From contig JAYWIR010000011.1 in the NCBI GenBank assembly GCA_036172245.1, positions 4,216,001 to 4,280,000 on the forward strand: 64,000 bases of DNA. The letters run 5' to 3'. The notes under the pieces were generated by a model. The model did not search any database. It saw only the letters and a program-made list of their open reading frames with translations, and was not told the DNA's origin. Source of the stretch: Raillietiella orientalis (taxonomy: Eukaryota). This document shows positions 1 to 12,886 of this stretch, piece by piece (position 1 is the stretch's first letter; the number at the start of each line of letters is the position of its first letter). Position numbers and translations under genes: made by a program.

Positions 1-999
1 CTTTTTCACAGTGAACGCCTATTTTTGCCAAGCAGACCACCATCTCTAGGGTTCTATCGTAAGCAGAATCCAACATTTCTGGTTATTATTAGAAACGTGA
101 CCAGTCTAAGTACACTCTATCATTATGGATGGCTGCAGATCGGGAGTTTCTATGATAGGTTGCTGAATTTCTCCTCATTTATTTCCCAGATGCCTTTGAT
201 TGGGCACTGCTTTGCTGAAACTACTTTCCTGTATTCTAGAAAATCGTAGAAGCACCTAAGATCACAGAAATAGTTGATCTGTGTACGTATTTTCCTTCTA
301 GTGTTTTACTTCTGTGTACATATCTCATTTATTCAGAACTCCAGAAGTCTGGGAATTTTTAGACTCCCTTTCATTTCACATCGGAATCTTCATCCTGATC
401 GTTACATCCTTCCCGCATTCCGCTTCCTTTTTTTGTCAAAAATTCGTCCATTTTTCCACTGAGTAAATGAAAATGGTGTTCATTCTCCACTCATTATTAT
501 TTCATATAATTATGACACGGTGTTCTCCTATTGAATCACAACGAAATTACAAATTCCATATGTTCTCACGAACCTTTCGCATTAACCGAGCTGCACATCT
601 ATCTCCTGAGACAAAGAGCACACAGAAGGACGTTCTCAATCACTCTTCCTGTCGACATTATTCCAGAGCACATGCACACTTCACATATCTTTTGTCTACC
701 CCAAATTCTAAAAAGTGAACTCTAATCAGGATGGTGGTTATGTAGCTTCCGGACAGGCGCTCTTCGGCTCCAAAACAATTTTCGTTCCCTGACTGGAACA
801 TTCGGTTTTCCTACAACGGGTTCGGCTTACGAATTCTTCCTCCTTCTCGCTTAGGGATCGCTCTGCGAAGATCGTGCGATGAACTGCCACGCGAACACCA
901 GTCCAAACCAGGGTTCCCACTTTATTTGCTGCTGAATAAAAAATTTGAGCGTCCGCTCTTACCGCACTACGCTTCCGTAATTCTTTTCAGTATTCCCTT

Positions 1000-1735
1000 T
1001 TAGCGTCGTACCATTCGGTCGTTTAGCAGTGCGCGAAAATGTATATTTCTGTTCGATCTCCACTGAGGGAACGCTGGAGAAAGGTGTTCATGTTCTGTGG
1101 AGCAGGCGCTGCTGCACATACCTGCGGTAGGTGCGTCCCGAACTTCATTCAAATCTTTCCTATCGTTCTGAGATGACAGCTTCCGAAACATTATTGTTCT
1201 CCGTGTGCAGTCCTTTGATCGTGCTGTGCTCAGCATCCAAAATTATGGGACGATTGGTTCTTCACGTCTTGATGCCAGTGGCCACCTAGTCTCCATTGGC
1301 TGTTCCTGAGAAGCTCGCGAAGTAAAGTAGGGGCAATTTCTACGCGCACCGCATGGTGCAGAACTCGCTGATGGCGCTGGTTATCTTTTCTTGAGAGGTC
1401 TCTGGGAAAAGGGCGTCGTCAGCTTTGCACACACTCTCCGCCCCGTCCTACTCTTCCGTTTTGTCCAAAGTCACAGAATTCTTCCGTTTGATCTTCCGAC
1501 CTTGGAAGGAATTTTATCGAGTGGCTCTCTCCAAAGAGTCCTCCCACGCAACGGGTGGATTCCTACGTCCGTGTTGAGAAGCCCGAATCGGAGTCGAAGC
1601 GGTTCGCTTGCCGATATCACGGCTCGTTTCGTGCTCCCTTGAGAGCGCGTCCCTGGCGCGCCTCTGGATCCCGTACCAGAAATCTGCATTTTCATCTGCA
1701 TCCGCGTAAGCGCACAAGCTGATCTGATTTCCTCC
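1000..1735 (-). mobile_element. Decayed L1/Tx1-like non-LTR retrotransposon RT fragment
   Basis: Minus-strand translation gives QISLCAYADAD (RT YADD-like motif, about 1695-1729), then frameshifted LWREPLDKIPSKVGRSNGRIL, resembling the L1 ORF2 'W..l..KI..kl.rW..R.LS' block. Confidence 0.55.
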
Positions 1736-4700
1736 CGAAAGAACGGAAGTCTATTCTGGTCGGAGGAATCTTCGCTCGCGCGTTAAGGAGAAGGAAGCAA
1801 GAGGTGGGAAAGGGATACCTCCCAGCTTCCTTGTTTTTTTTTTTTTTTCTGCATCTTCACTCGGAAATCTCGAGAGCACGCGCGCGCGCGAATAACTCCA
1901 GCCCGTGCTTTCTCGGATAAACCCGACACCATCTCACGCATTCCCGGAAAGTCCGTGAAGGTTAACTCCAGAAAACCTGTTTCCTCTAAGTCATCTCCCA
2001 GGGTCTGTCGATATATTTATTACATTCCGATTTAGCTACAGGATCCCTCATCCTGAGCTCTGAACTGGCGTGCGTGGGTGGGGCCGCGGGTTTTTATTTC
2101 TTTCTATGCGCTTCAAACTCTTATTTTAAAATCTTTTTTTAAAATAAAAATTCCTGCAAACGTTCATCATGTGTCATCGCACCCCCTTCCTGCATGCATT
2201 CACCATCCGCGTCTCCTGGAAACAGCCATCCATATTCCTCTTGTGTTTTGTCCTCGGGATTCACGGGGCTACGATGACGCCAACCGATTCCCCTAATCCC
2301 CTCCTTTCTTTATTTTTTTTTCTTCGAGAACTTCTTGAGCCGCAGTGAGCTGCACTCTCAGACTGCTGCTCCCGAGCCCATCCTGGAGCGATCAGGAAGC
2401 GCGAAGCGCCCCGAGGCAGAGGTCTCTCCGATTGAGTCCACTTCTCACCCGTTTTCTGCGTCCTGCCGAACTCCCGTCTCGTCGACACCTCGAAGATGAT
2501 AGGCTCATCTACCTTCCCGGGTTCTCGCGCGCATCCCCAGGAATCCTTTCACGCCTCCGAGATCTCGTCGTGGGCGTGTGGGCTTCCCCCTCTTCCACCA
2601 ACACTCTTCGAAGGCTGGGAGCACCAGCAGCACACCCACTGCCTCCGCCTCCTTCCTCTGGATTCTGCTCCGTCTTCCGGAAATCACGGACTCCGAAACT
2701 CCCTCCACAAAAACCCACGCCCTTTCAGTAGAGCTTGGAAGGCGCGTCCCTTAAAAAAAGCGGGACTAAAGACACTCCACTCGATCCGGGCCGTGCCTGG
2801 AAGCCGTCGATGATTTTTGATTCGATGATGATCACATGTTCAGGAGAGCATTCGTCTTCTTCTTCCCCGTGTCGTGCGCTTCGGTCCTCCGTTGGCCGTC
2901 CCCGCCCTCGTACCGTAAGTGACGGTGGCCGGGAACCTGCGTTGAAAGTTCCACTTCCCGGCGAAACTCCGCGTGCTCCAGGGGAACGTAGCGACGCGGG
3001 GCATTTGGAAGGCGGGACTTCCTGACGACCTGGTCCGTCCGATCCGGAGGACACGTCCCGTGAAATTCTGGCGCACCTCCATCGGGGGGGGGCAGCAGCA
3101 CCTTACGTGAATAGAGTCGCCGAGCGCTGAAAGCTCGAAAACGACACTCACCGCTCATGAGCACACCGACGAAAGGGAATTTTTTTTCCGCCATCGGTGC
3201 ACTTCCCTCCTCCTGATCGAGCTTTCCTTTCCCCTTTCCAGAGATGCTCTACGTTCTTTGTAGCGACCCTGAAATCCTGACGCTGATGCTTTCCGTCGAA
3301 AGAAGCGACAGCCACGCGCCCATCGGAATTTTCAAAAAAATGCTGCTGAAGAAGGAGGGTTACGCTAAGGTAGCGACTCGTTCTCCTGCTCCAAGAGAAC
3401 AGCACCGCGAACGGCGCCGTGGAAAACCCGGAGTCCCCGCGAAGCGCGCCTCTTCCTCCCCCTTTCGCCTCAGCGCCGAATCTCTGGAAGTTCTGCCTAC
3501 ACCCCTGCACCGCGGAAGCACCGAACTCGGAAGCTGTGCATGCTCCATCTGCATCCACGAAAACCCAGACGGACTCCCGGACCAGGCTTTGAGGACGGAT
3601 AGGACCAAGCTCCAGTGTTTTTCCTCCTCCTCTCTCTCTCTCTCTCTTGCAGGTTTTGCAACGGTTCCGTTCTAGGTGGCTGGCACGAAATGCATCTTGG
3701 CTTTACTGCATGGCGCTGCATGCGCATCGAGATCGGAATTCGCGAAGTCCTTGTTTAACAGTGACGTCGGCGAGCTTCTTTTCGAAGCCATGCACACTGC
3801 AGATCCCTCGGCCCTGAGGTACCGTTTTCCTCAGACCGGTGAACCGAGTCCTTTCGCAAAACCGCATCCAGAGTGGTTCTGCAGTGCCTCCGGATCCTGG
3901 CGGATGAGAACCAGTTCTACGACGACGGCCATGTCTTGTACGGAATAGATGCGATCGTGCAAACTCTAACCCGTGAACAGCTGCTGGACGACCTGGGAGG
4001 CGACCTTCTCATTTCCGTGCTGAGTATCAAAACGCCTCCATCTAACAGTGTCCGGAAACTGTCTTTTATTTTTCCCAAGGTAGGAGTAGTTTGCCTTACC
4101 AGCTCATCACACCCACGCTGTTCGAACAAGTGGCAGACATTGCACAGAGGATGCTGTCCGTGGATGACATCGTGAAGCAGACAATCGGGGCAAAATTAGC
4201 CTGTGTACTAATCACGAATCACGGAGACAGTGGTGGCGGCAATAAAGTGGAAGGCCTGCTTATCGCCAGCAGCAAGCGACTTTCTTCGGCTCCCTGTGAT
4301 TTATCATGTGAAGCTGTTATGCTGCGCCTGGCGGTGCTCTTGGAAGTTTCTTGCGCCAGCCTCAGGTAGCGTCAGCATGCCTCAGAAGTTTCTTCTTATC
4401 GCCTCGAAGTATTTCAGGGAGAGGAAAGGCTCCTTTGGATGGAAACACCTTCGTGGATTTGGCCATTTCCGGTTTTGCTTGCGTGTTGGAAAACGATTGC
4501 TTTCGATCGCTGGTAATTCCTTAAGCATGTCCTCAAGGCTCCAACACTTTGGAATTCTGAAAGTTCAGATGCATCCACGTTGCGGTGACTTTGCCTTTTC
4601 CTCAAACCCTTTCTCATTCTGGAATTGCTTCCTCGTCATTTTTTTGAACGATCACTTTACAAACCTGTCCTCTATTTTTATTTTTCTATTTTTTTTTTTA

Positions 4701-5049
4701 CATCATTAAAGTGTAATGGAATAGTAGCGAGTATCAGAGAGACTTTCACAACGAAAGTAAAGTGTGTTCACTATAGATCTAACATGAAGTTTGAACTTTT
4801 CAAAGTGTCGGGAATTTCGAAACACAAACGTTTTCTCTCTCTCTCTCTCTCTCTCCAGCTTCAGTTTTTTCAACAGGTGATTTGGATTGATTTTTAGATC
4901 ATGCAACAACTGACCATTTCTGGTCATTGAGTAGTGTGCACCGTTACCTGTATCAGCAGGTGCGTTTTTTCAAGGAAACCCGATTTTAATGGCTGGAAAG
5001 ATGGAACAGAAAAAAAAATAAATGACAGAATGGAATTGAATAAATGAAC

Positions 5050-6800
5050 TTCATAACTAATAATTTGTCTACGAAGCGCACATAGCAGTTAAAATAATAT
5101 TGTAACTTACATTCTCACCGTTTCCTGTGGTACCGAGCATCCTGCTTTGATAAAGCATGCATGCCAACTGCCATGAAGTATTATTACCTTTATTAATGGT
5201 TGCACTGAAGGAGCCGCTATCGTGGTTCGTTTTAAACTGGCATCTTGCGGAAAAGAACCCGGCTTCGTAATAAAAGCTTGCAATGAGGTGAAGTAGATGG
5301 ATACGTTTCTGCTGCTGTTTACCACGCTTTGCTTGGGATCTTATTTTCCTCTCAATTGCATCCTTCTCCTCAAGTCTCAGTTCGTGCGAATACTTTGTTG
5401 AAAATTTTATGGGTGATCTTGGCATGAAAAACTTCGAATATGTGTTTCGATAAAGGGAAGGAATATCTTGGCAACAAGCTATTACATGAGTTTACTTGGT
5501 ACGAACATTTTATTTTTATCTTTTAGCTTACCAACGATGTTCCAGCTACTCCCGACTCGCAGCATGCTGGTTCCCTTCTAAGTGAATCGTTCGTTAATTT
5601 GCTCAAACTCCTACGTCCGCAGATGCTTTCCCATTCAGCTGAAATTCTTTGCCAAAAAGGGATTCTGGCGGTTCTCGTAGGAATGTGGACTCGACTAAAG
5701 TAAACTGACATGAGTCATGTCGTAACAGTACTTTGAATTTTCGTTCTTGTTTCTAAAGATCGCTGGAAGAGAAAAATTCTCTGTACGATTTTGTCTTGAA
5801 GATACTTCACGTCTTGCCGAACGGAGAACTCTCGACAGAAATGAAGGAAGTTGATTTAGATGTATCTTCGTGGCCCAGCAAGATCGAGGCGATGTCAGAT
5901 GCAACCACTTTGATGATTTTATACTTTCACGAATTACACTGTGTGGCGGACAAGTAAGAAAACATTCGTATAAACAGGGGACAATCCGAATAGGGAACTT
6001 TCTTGTTTTCATCTATAGTTGAATCAGTCTAGCGATTCGAAACTCAAAACTTTTTATCGGTATTGTGTATTGTGCGTGCGTGCATGTGCATGTGTGTGAG
6101 TACTTGCTGGGCTTTCTCTAAAAAAAAAAAAAAAACGTAAAGCGTATTCAACCGCATATACAAAAGTGCAGTTCAACTCCATTTCATTCTGAAATACGTA
6201 CAACAGCAAGACAATAGAGATAGGCATTTGCAGCATGCGATTCATACGCAATTCATAATCTGCTGGCGAACGCAGCTTTCGTACAGAGCGCTGTACACCA
6301 GCACTGCTTGAAAACTTGACCATTTTACGCGACTATAAAAAATAAGTCAATGAATAAACTTGTGAAAAATAAAAGTAGGTAAATCAGACGTAGATCTCTG
6401 CATTCTAAAATTGAGAAAAAAACTATAATTCATGTCGTTCCAAGGACGATTCAGTCTTTGAGAAACAGATCGTTCACACCCTGATGGAGAGTCGATTGTG
6501 GTCGTTAGCTGCTGATAAGCGTTAAACTCTCATTTCTTGCAGCATCCCGTTGACTACAGTTCTCGAATGCGAAATGAGAACAGCTGACTTATTTTCATGG
6601 ATGATCGATGGAATTTCCGGCACGTAGGGACAAAAAAGAATCCCATCTCCACGTAATCTGCTAGACTCCGTTTTCGCATGCCTTGCTGTTCCCCCAAAAA
6701 ATGTGCAGAAGAACGACTTTTAGTTTTAAGTCGGAACGCGCTGGGAGAAGAAGCGCAGCAGCAAAAACGAGTACTCCAAGTACCTCGCACTGAAAGTGTA
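5050..6800 (-). mobile_element. Decayed non-LTR (RTE-like) RT fragments inside a MEI1 intron
   Basis: Minus-strand remnants IFRNKNENSKYCYDMTHVSLL (cf. PIFKxKGD..C.NYR.ISLL) and LGEQQGMRKRSLADYV (cf. L.EEQ.GFRKGRS..D.I), broken by many stops. Confidence 0.4.
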
Positions 6801-7929
6801 AATTATGTTAATATTGCCCCCGTGGAATCCCGAGCCAAATCAGCCAGTCCATGCAAATTCATCAGCAACCCTTCCCATTGAGGGAGGTTTCCGCTCCCGA
6901 AGTTGTCCTCTTTACTCCAGCTCTTCCGTGTTGCATCTGCTGTGGGCTCTTCTCGTCTTCAAATCTACTCTCCCGTTAAAATGCCGCTGCAGCGGCGCCC
7001 TGGTATCCAATTACCCGGCGACACTGTGCAGTGATGTTGCCATGTCGTGAATTTTTGGCCTGGAAACCAATCAATATAAGATGTCAGCAAAGTTCCGGAC
7101 GCTTGAAGCGAATGCTTGTTCTGATGCCTTCTTCATCCACACGTCCGCTAAATCGAAACATTTATTTACTGGAATGTATGTGATAATTATGGGGGCTTAC
7201 TTTAAATAGCATTTCAAAACGGCATTCACTATAATTTTCACAGAACTGAGGATTCTCTTACCTAAACTAATAATTCCCTCTCTTCCTTTCCAGGCCAATT
7301 ATACCATATTTCGACATGCTAATGTCTCTGCAGAAATATTTGTCCACAGTATTCAACATTCCACATCCACTGCTGCGTTTCATTTGGTACTTGTTCGTGG
7401 TAAAAACCCTGTAACGGATGCATTCTCTTTCGTAACAAAGACGTACAGATATGTGAAATCAAAGTGGACAGAGCAGGAACGCTGTACGACGTTCAGCTCT
7501 CAAACATTCTTGAGCGCTGTGAAGAATTTGAAAAGGTGTACACGCATCATGAATTTGTACTGTATTGGGTGTTTGAAAAAATTCCTAGCAACAAAAAACT
7601 GCAGGAAAAAACCGTAAGTCGATGCTATGATTGGGGTATTCCTTTCTTCCACAAAGAATCATCCAGTTCAAGTACCCCTTAAGTGAATCATGTTCAAAAG
7701 TGCGTGCTCTGAAACGCGAGAGTGTTCTTCTCGAGCGGGCTAATGATCGAACGTCTTTTGATTATTCGCTTCCCCACTTTAGCCCATTCCGTCATGCAAA
7801 AGAAACGTCCGCTTTTTTTTTTTTTTTTCGTGCTCTGCCTAATACGATCTTATGCTCACGTGGAAGCCAGCCGTGCCCCGTGAGGATTCGGTGTTTCCAA
7901 GAGCATTCTAAAGTGGTGGAAAAGGAATG

Positions 7930-8380
7930 ATGCAACTCTGCATCGAAGCTCGAAAATCAGGGAATGGCCTTTCCAGGATTGCGAAGTCTCTGCGGAAAGA
8001 GCAACCAGACTGCAGCGTGACGCCGTTGCCAACACGAACCAGGCAGCATGGTCTCTCTCTCGCAGCTGAATGCCTAGCTGTCTTAGTGATCATTTCCATG
8101 GTTCGTGTCCCGCACGTCAATCTCGTGAATCCCGATCAGGATGGTTCGTACACGGCGCAGACATCCCCCGATCCCGCCGGGCGAAGCACCTTCAACGTCT
8201 ATGTGAAAGCGAACCGCGGGTCATTTTCTGCCACAGGTTCTCGTTCACTTGCCATTCTGCATGCCCGCGGGGCTGAAACAGGCAGGGTTCGCGAGTTCCT
8301 CGGAACTGACCTTTCCTGGGACTACCGTTTGTCCTCTCGAACGGAAAACCGGACTCGGAAAGAAGAAGAATTCTGAGTGG
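7930..8380 (+). mobile_element. Decayed non-LTR RT C-terminal/thumb fragment (jockey/I/CR1-like)
   Basis: ORF 7927-8376 has LSLAAECLAVL (cf. SLYADDLAI), STFNVYVKAN..SFS (cf. L.FN..KT...FS) and RVREFLGTDLSWDYRL (cf. V...KFLG..lD..L.W). Confidence 0.4.
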
Positions 8381-11300
8381 GAAAGCCACCTATAAAGCGA
8401 AAGAGAGGATCGGCGTTGGCTTGAATGGCGCGCGGGGGTGGTGACTATCTCTGTAGCATTTCCACTGCTCTTTCCTCGAGGAATCGGAAAGGTAATGCGG
8501 AAACCTCGGTATCGTAATGACTAGTCGCCAAGAGTCTCGAGCCCAATAACTTATAGCAACATCCGACGCTTGGCGCAACCAAGCGATTGCACTCACAATG
8601 CAGTGTTTGCTTCGTTTCGGTGATTACTAATTTCGGTAATTGCTTAATTCCAGTCATTTGACGTTTGGCGCAACCGTTAGGTAAATCCAGCCTCGCCTGT
8701 TAATCGGATGTGTACGAGGTTGACTGTTAGGGTTCGTGGGCATAAATTACATGCGGATACATAATTCTGATAAGCGTCGATAATTCCAGCTCACTGATCT
8801 GTATTGAAACTCAAGAGATAAATTCCACCTTCGTTCGTTTTCATTTTTTTTTTTTATTTTTTTTCTTCGAGGAGTCTTAAAAATGCTGGTGCAATCAGTT
8901 TAATGGAAACATCTCCGTATCGCTTCCCTGCCCGGCCTTCTTGTACACGACAGGCACAGTAAACACCCATTGGTTTGCTCGGTGAAAACATTGAGCTGGT
9001 GCGTGTTCCCTGTGTCGTGAGCCCGACCGAAGGGCTTTCTGTAAACGATGCGATTTGATTACCGAATTGGGCTCATGGAAGGCTTCGTCTTCCCGTGCAC
9101 GAACAGTCCTTCTGTGATTCGCACTTGGGTCAGTTTCGTGTGGAACGTCGCTCAGAAAAACACCAAAGTTTTCCAAACCTCTGTTCGCTGCTGGGGCCGA
9201 AGCTGTACAAGACTCTCCAGCATGCGCCTGACGAGATCAAGGAGGTCTCGATGAGGGATTCATCGCAACTGCCGGATTCCTTGCCTTCGGGCGGGGCTCA
9301 AAGCCTAACGATAACTGCTCCACGCCACATACATCGTTGCCATCGAAGATACTAGTCGATGGCGCTGAGTGCCATCAATGGGAATACGGAACGCCGAAGT
9401 CGTTTCCGAGAGGACATGTCGCTGGATGTTTTGTTTCGGAGACGCTTCCGTACATCGACAGCGAATTTGCATCTTTCTTTAAGCGGCACTTGCGGACGGA
9501 CTTCTAGCTGGATCCATCCGCACGCTCATCTTCATCGTGGTTTGACCGAGGCTTGCGAGCCTTTGTGCGTGCAATCGCCTGCGGGGCCTATTGAGCTCTC
9601 GGGAGGCTTTCGCCGCGTCCTCTTCCGGATTCGTCTCGAATTTCGCGCCGCGCGAAGAATAAACTCTACGCAGCGAACGCAGACAAAATCGAGCCCCCGA
9701 TCAGCCACGTTCTTCCGGGCAGCGTTTTGTGAATGGCCCTCGGTGGGCAGATCAACTACTTCCATGGCAGCGGACAGAAACTGCCTCACAGAGATCAGAA
9801 CAGAGAAAGCGGTCGGCTTTTCCATCTGCAGCGTCCTTCCAGCACGCAGAACATTGGACCAGCGTGCATGAGAGTTGTGAGCTGTAAGGAAACCCCACCC
9901 CTACCCTTTAAAAAAAAAAAAAAAGATGGAGCGAAAGCATCGGCGTATGCGGCCTTACGGCAGAAGAAGAAAGCTGGAGATCAGACTCGAATCATCAGCA
10001 GCAGCCGATTCTTCCGTTCGCCTCGCTCGCTGATACTCCAAGATGCTCCCTCCGAAGGGGGATGCCGATGTGTCGGGAAGAGCGCAGGCGACCCAGCAGG
10101 AGGCGCGGGAGATCTCCGGGCAGCGCGAACGACGAGATTTTTTCCCCGGATGAGCAAGAGATCTCCCAGACGCAGATGGGGAACATCTTGCAGCATCCTT
10201 CCACGTGTCGCAAGGGACGGGGGGGTGAACCGAAGAAGCCGAAAATAAGAGCGGGGGAGGGAGGGCTGGCGTTCCCGTAAGGGAGGTTCAGGCAAAAAGT
10301 GCAACGCGACCCAGGATGACTCTAAGAGCGTGGAATGGACGGAAAAATGGAACGTCGCGATTTCCAGACGTTTCCAGAAAACGAATTCCAGAAAACAGGG
10401 GAAACCGTAGACGTCGAGGCCGGAAGGAGGGGAAGACTGATCCGCCGCTTGTCCTTTTTCGCCGGAGGATGCAGTGGAGATGGACGGATGCTGAAACTTT
10501 CTATCTTTCTATGCCTTGACCCTCACGGCCTTCCCGCTCAGGAATGGACCGACCGCAGCATTCCGAGCCTCCTACACTTTTCATCCAGGTGCGTCCTCTT
10601 CCCCTCCGTCCCCGGGCGCCTCCCCGAGTTACAGGCGCTCATCTCTCTCACGCGGGGTGCGCGATGCACTCCCGCCACGTCCTGACGTTTGACTTTGTGC
10701 AGGTCCTGCGTCGATCCTTTTCCCTTCTTCCCGCTGCCCTCATTACCGGAGTAAATTTAAAATGCAGCGCTGCCATCTGCAGGGTCGGATGCCTCGTGGA
10801 GATATGCGGTCTTGCTGCTCCTCTTTCCCTCAGGAATTCATCCCCAAAGCGCTCACTCGTTTACAAACGCAGCAGGGTATCAGGTGCACCGTTCGCGCTA
10901 AGAGGGGAAAGGGAGGGGGGATAAGAGGGGACCTTTGACCCGTCTTCTCCGAAAATCCCACAGCACTCCCTTCCCTCAAACATCCTCATCTCGACTCCAG
11001 GATCTACCACGGTCCCTTTGCCTCCCCCCCCTCAAAGTCTTCTCGAGCCAGGGACTGGAGTCCGCTCTTCGCCGAAGCCTTTGCGGTACGGGGAGGGATT
11101 CCTTCCCCACCTTTTCCCGTTTCGTAGCGTCATCCCCTTCCGTGCTGACCCGGGAACAGCCAGGTGTCCGGAGCCGCTGCAGTTGCCACCGTTTCCTTGA
11201 GGAAAAAATCCCCTCTGGGTCTGCGCGTAGTGAAAGATGCCCTGCTCCTACTTGGCGCGAGCAGTTTTGATCGACGCACTCCTGCAGAAGACTGCCGGCT

Positions 11301-12880
11301 CCCATGTTTGAGATTTTCGACCTTCCGTGGACCCTCGGATATGAGTGGCGCAGGCGGGGGAGGGAAGGAGAGAGAGTGAAGCGACCTGCTGCAAGAGACC
11401 TGACGTAAATCCTTTTGAATTCGACCAAAACAGAATGACAGAAAGAAAGCACGCAAGAAATAGGAACCAAAATTGGGGTCTTAGGGCAGCCGTCTTTTCT
11501 TTCCCGGCGATGGGGACGCTCGGCTTCCTGCCTTCTCGTCCTAGATGCTGTGCTACCTGAGGAGCGGGAGCTGCGGCAGAGTCAACCTGGAACTTTTCCC
11601 GTCCAAAACGGCACTGGAGCGTCTGATGGACAGCCTGCTCGTAAGCATATCCTTCCAGACCGTCGTGCAGCCGCGTGTCACCGGGCCGCTCCCAGTCGCT
11701 GTCTCTGTCTCACCGCCCCGACGGCAGCAGGTCGGCCTTCCTGGCCCTGGTCTCGGCGAGCGAGGCGAACGACGAGTGCGCAAGAATCCTGGGGTCGAAG
11801 ATGCCCAGCCTGGTCCAGTGGGCGGCGGTCGAGATCGAGCATATAGACGGGGAGATGGGTAGGCTCTGGGGGGAGGGGAGGGGGTAGGTGCCGCTCAGGA
11901 GCTCCCCCTCCCTACTCCCCGCCTCCCTCAGACGGCAAGCTCTCGAGGCTGTTCCAAGTCGCCTGCCACCTGGAGCAAACGGCTGGCCTGAAAGACGTCC
12001 ACTACGCGTGCGTCTTGCTGTGCAAGTCGCGCGAACAAACGGCGGCCACCGCCGGGAGCTTCGTATGGAATCTCCGGTACCTGAAGTCGATGGCAGCAGC
12101 CAGCTACCAGCGGTCCAACTCCCAAGGTAGGCCCCACCCGCAAATCAACCGGCCTCTGTCCACAGAGGGGACTGCAGTGGGCAGCTTCATGCTGACCCAG
12201 GAGAAGCTGGCGTCCGTCCTTCGGATGGCGGTCTCGGGGAAAAGCGACGCTGCGCTGGAAGCCACGCAAATCATCCTCATCCTGGCCCGCTGGCACCAGA
12301 AGCTTCCCGGCGTCCTCCCCGTCCGCCTCTGCCTGGACCTGCCGTGCTTGATGACCAATCTGGGTCAAGGAATGCTTCTGAAAGCGATCACGTTGAACCT
12401 GCTGACCCTCGTGACCGAGAGCGACTTCACAACGCCGTTCGTGCACGTCGCACCTCGGCCCGATCAGAGCCAGCTGAGGTGTCTGTTCTTCCTCTTGCTG
12501 GAATGCACGCTCACGGTGAGGTCTCCCCTCCCCCTTCCTCCTCCCCCCCCCGTACTGCCGTCGCCACGCAACATGAAGCGCAACCTTCCCTTGTCGGTTT
12601 AGGCGGCGGACTGCCTGGAGGAGATTGCCTGGAGCTGCCTGGGCGCCTTGGCTGGTCACATTCACAGGAGCGGGCACTGCGAATTAGCAGAGTTCCTTTT
12701 CAGCCATCCTTGGACGTACTTCCACGTCAAGGAGTCGTCCAGTGGACTTGCCGAGTCCTTTTGGGAGCGCGTTCGATCCTTGGGAGCGACTTTCCAGAAT
12801 GCAGTGGAGGAGACGCCTTCAAGGAGATGAGGAGGGCTGTTCCCCAGCCAGTGAGTGGTTTCAGATCACTGTCGGCTCAC

Positions 12881-12886
12881 AATAAA
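12881..12886 (+). promoter_or_regulatory. Candidate polyadenylation signal of the MEI1 locus
   Basis: AATAAA about 50 nt after the TGA at 12828-12830, in otherwise GC-rich sequence. Confidence 0.45.

Larger units (their letters stand above)
3115..12830 (+). pseudogene. MEI1: Meiosis inhibitor protein 1 (MEI1/PRD1 family) homologue, multi-exon, disrupted in central exons
   Basis: Spliced exons 3157-3196, 3242-3369, 3676-3818, 3872-4023, 4080-4365 give PIGIFKKMLLKKEGYAK|VAGTKCILALL...DVGELLFEAM...LQCLRILADENQFYDDGHVLYGIDAIVQTL, matching recalled human MEI1 [24 protein letters not shown]...DIPEFLFEHL...[28 protein letters not shown]. Exon 7294-7613 has VYTHHEFVL (human VYTHHPLLL). The 3' exons 11731-11858, 11932-12126, 12166-12515, 12603-12830 end in CLGALAGHI...FLFSHPWTYF (human CLEALLDYL...VASQPWNRF). 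Exon 4859-4959 is closed in all frames, and there are frameshifts near 7402-7409, 9155-9172, 11255 and 11640-11730. The 5' end may extend to about 2170-2350. Identity is more certain than pseudogene status. Confidence 0.75.

Noticed and set aside
1..730. Possible decayed APE fragment on the minus strand (RTQINYF, cf. RNQIDY)
   Set aside because: A single weak motif is not enough to call.
2160..3114. MEI1 N-terminal exons (ACIHHPRLLE, SCTLRLLLP, VHFSPVF resemble the recalled human N-terminus)
   Set aside because: Similarity is weak and split across frames, and no consistent exon model could be built, so this stretch was left out of the feature coordinates.
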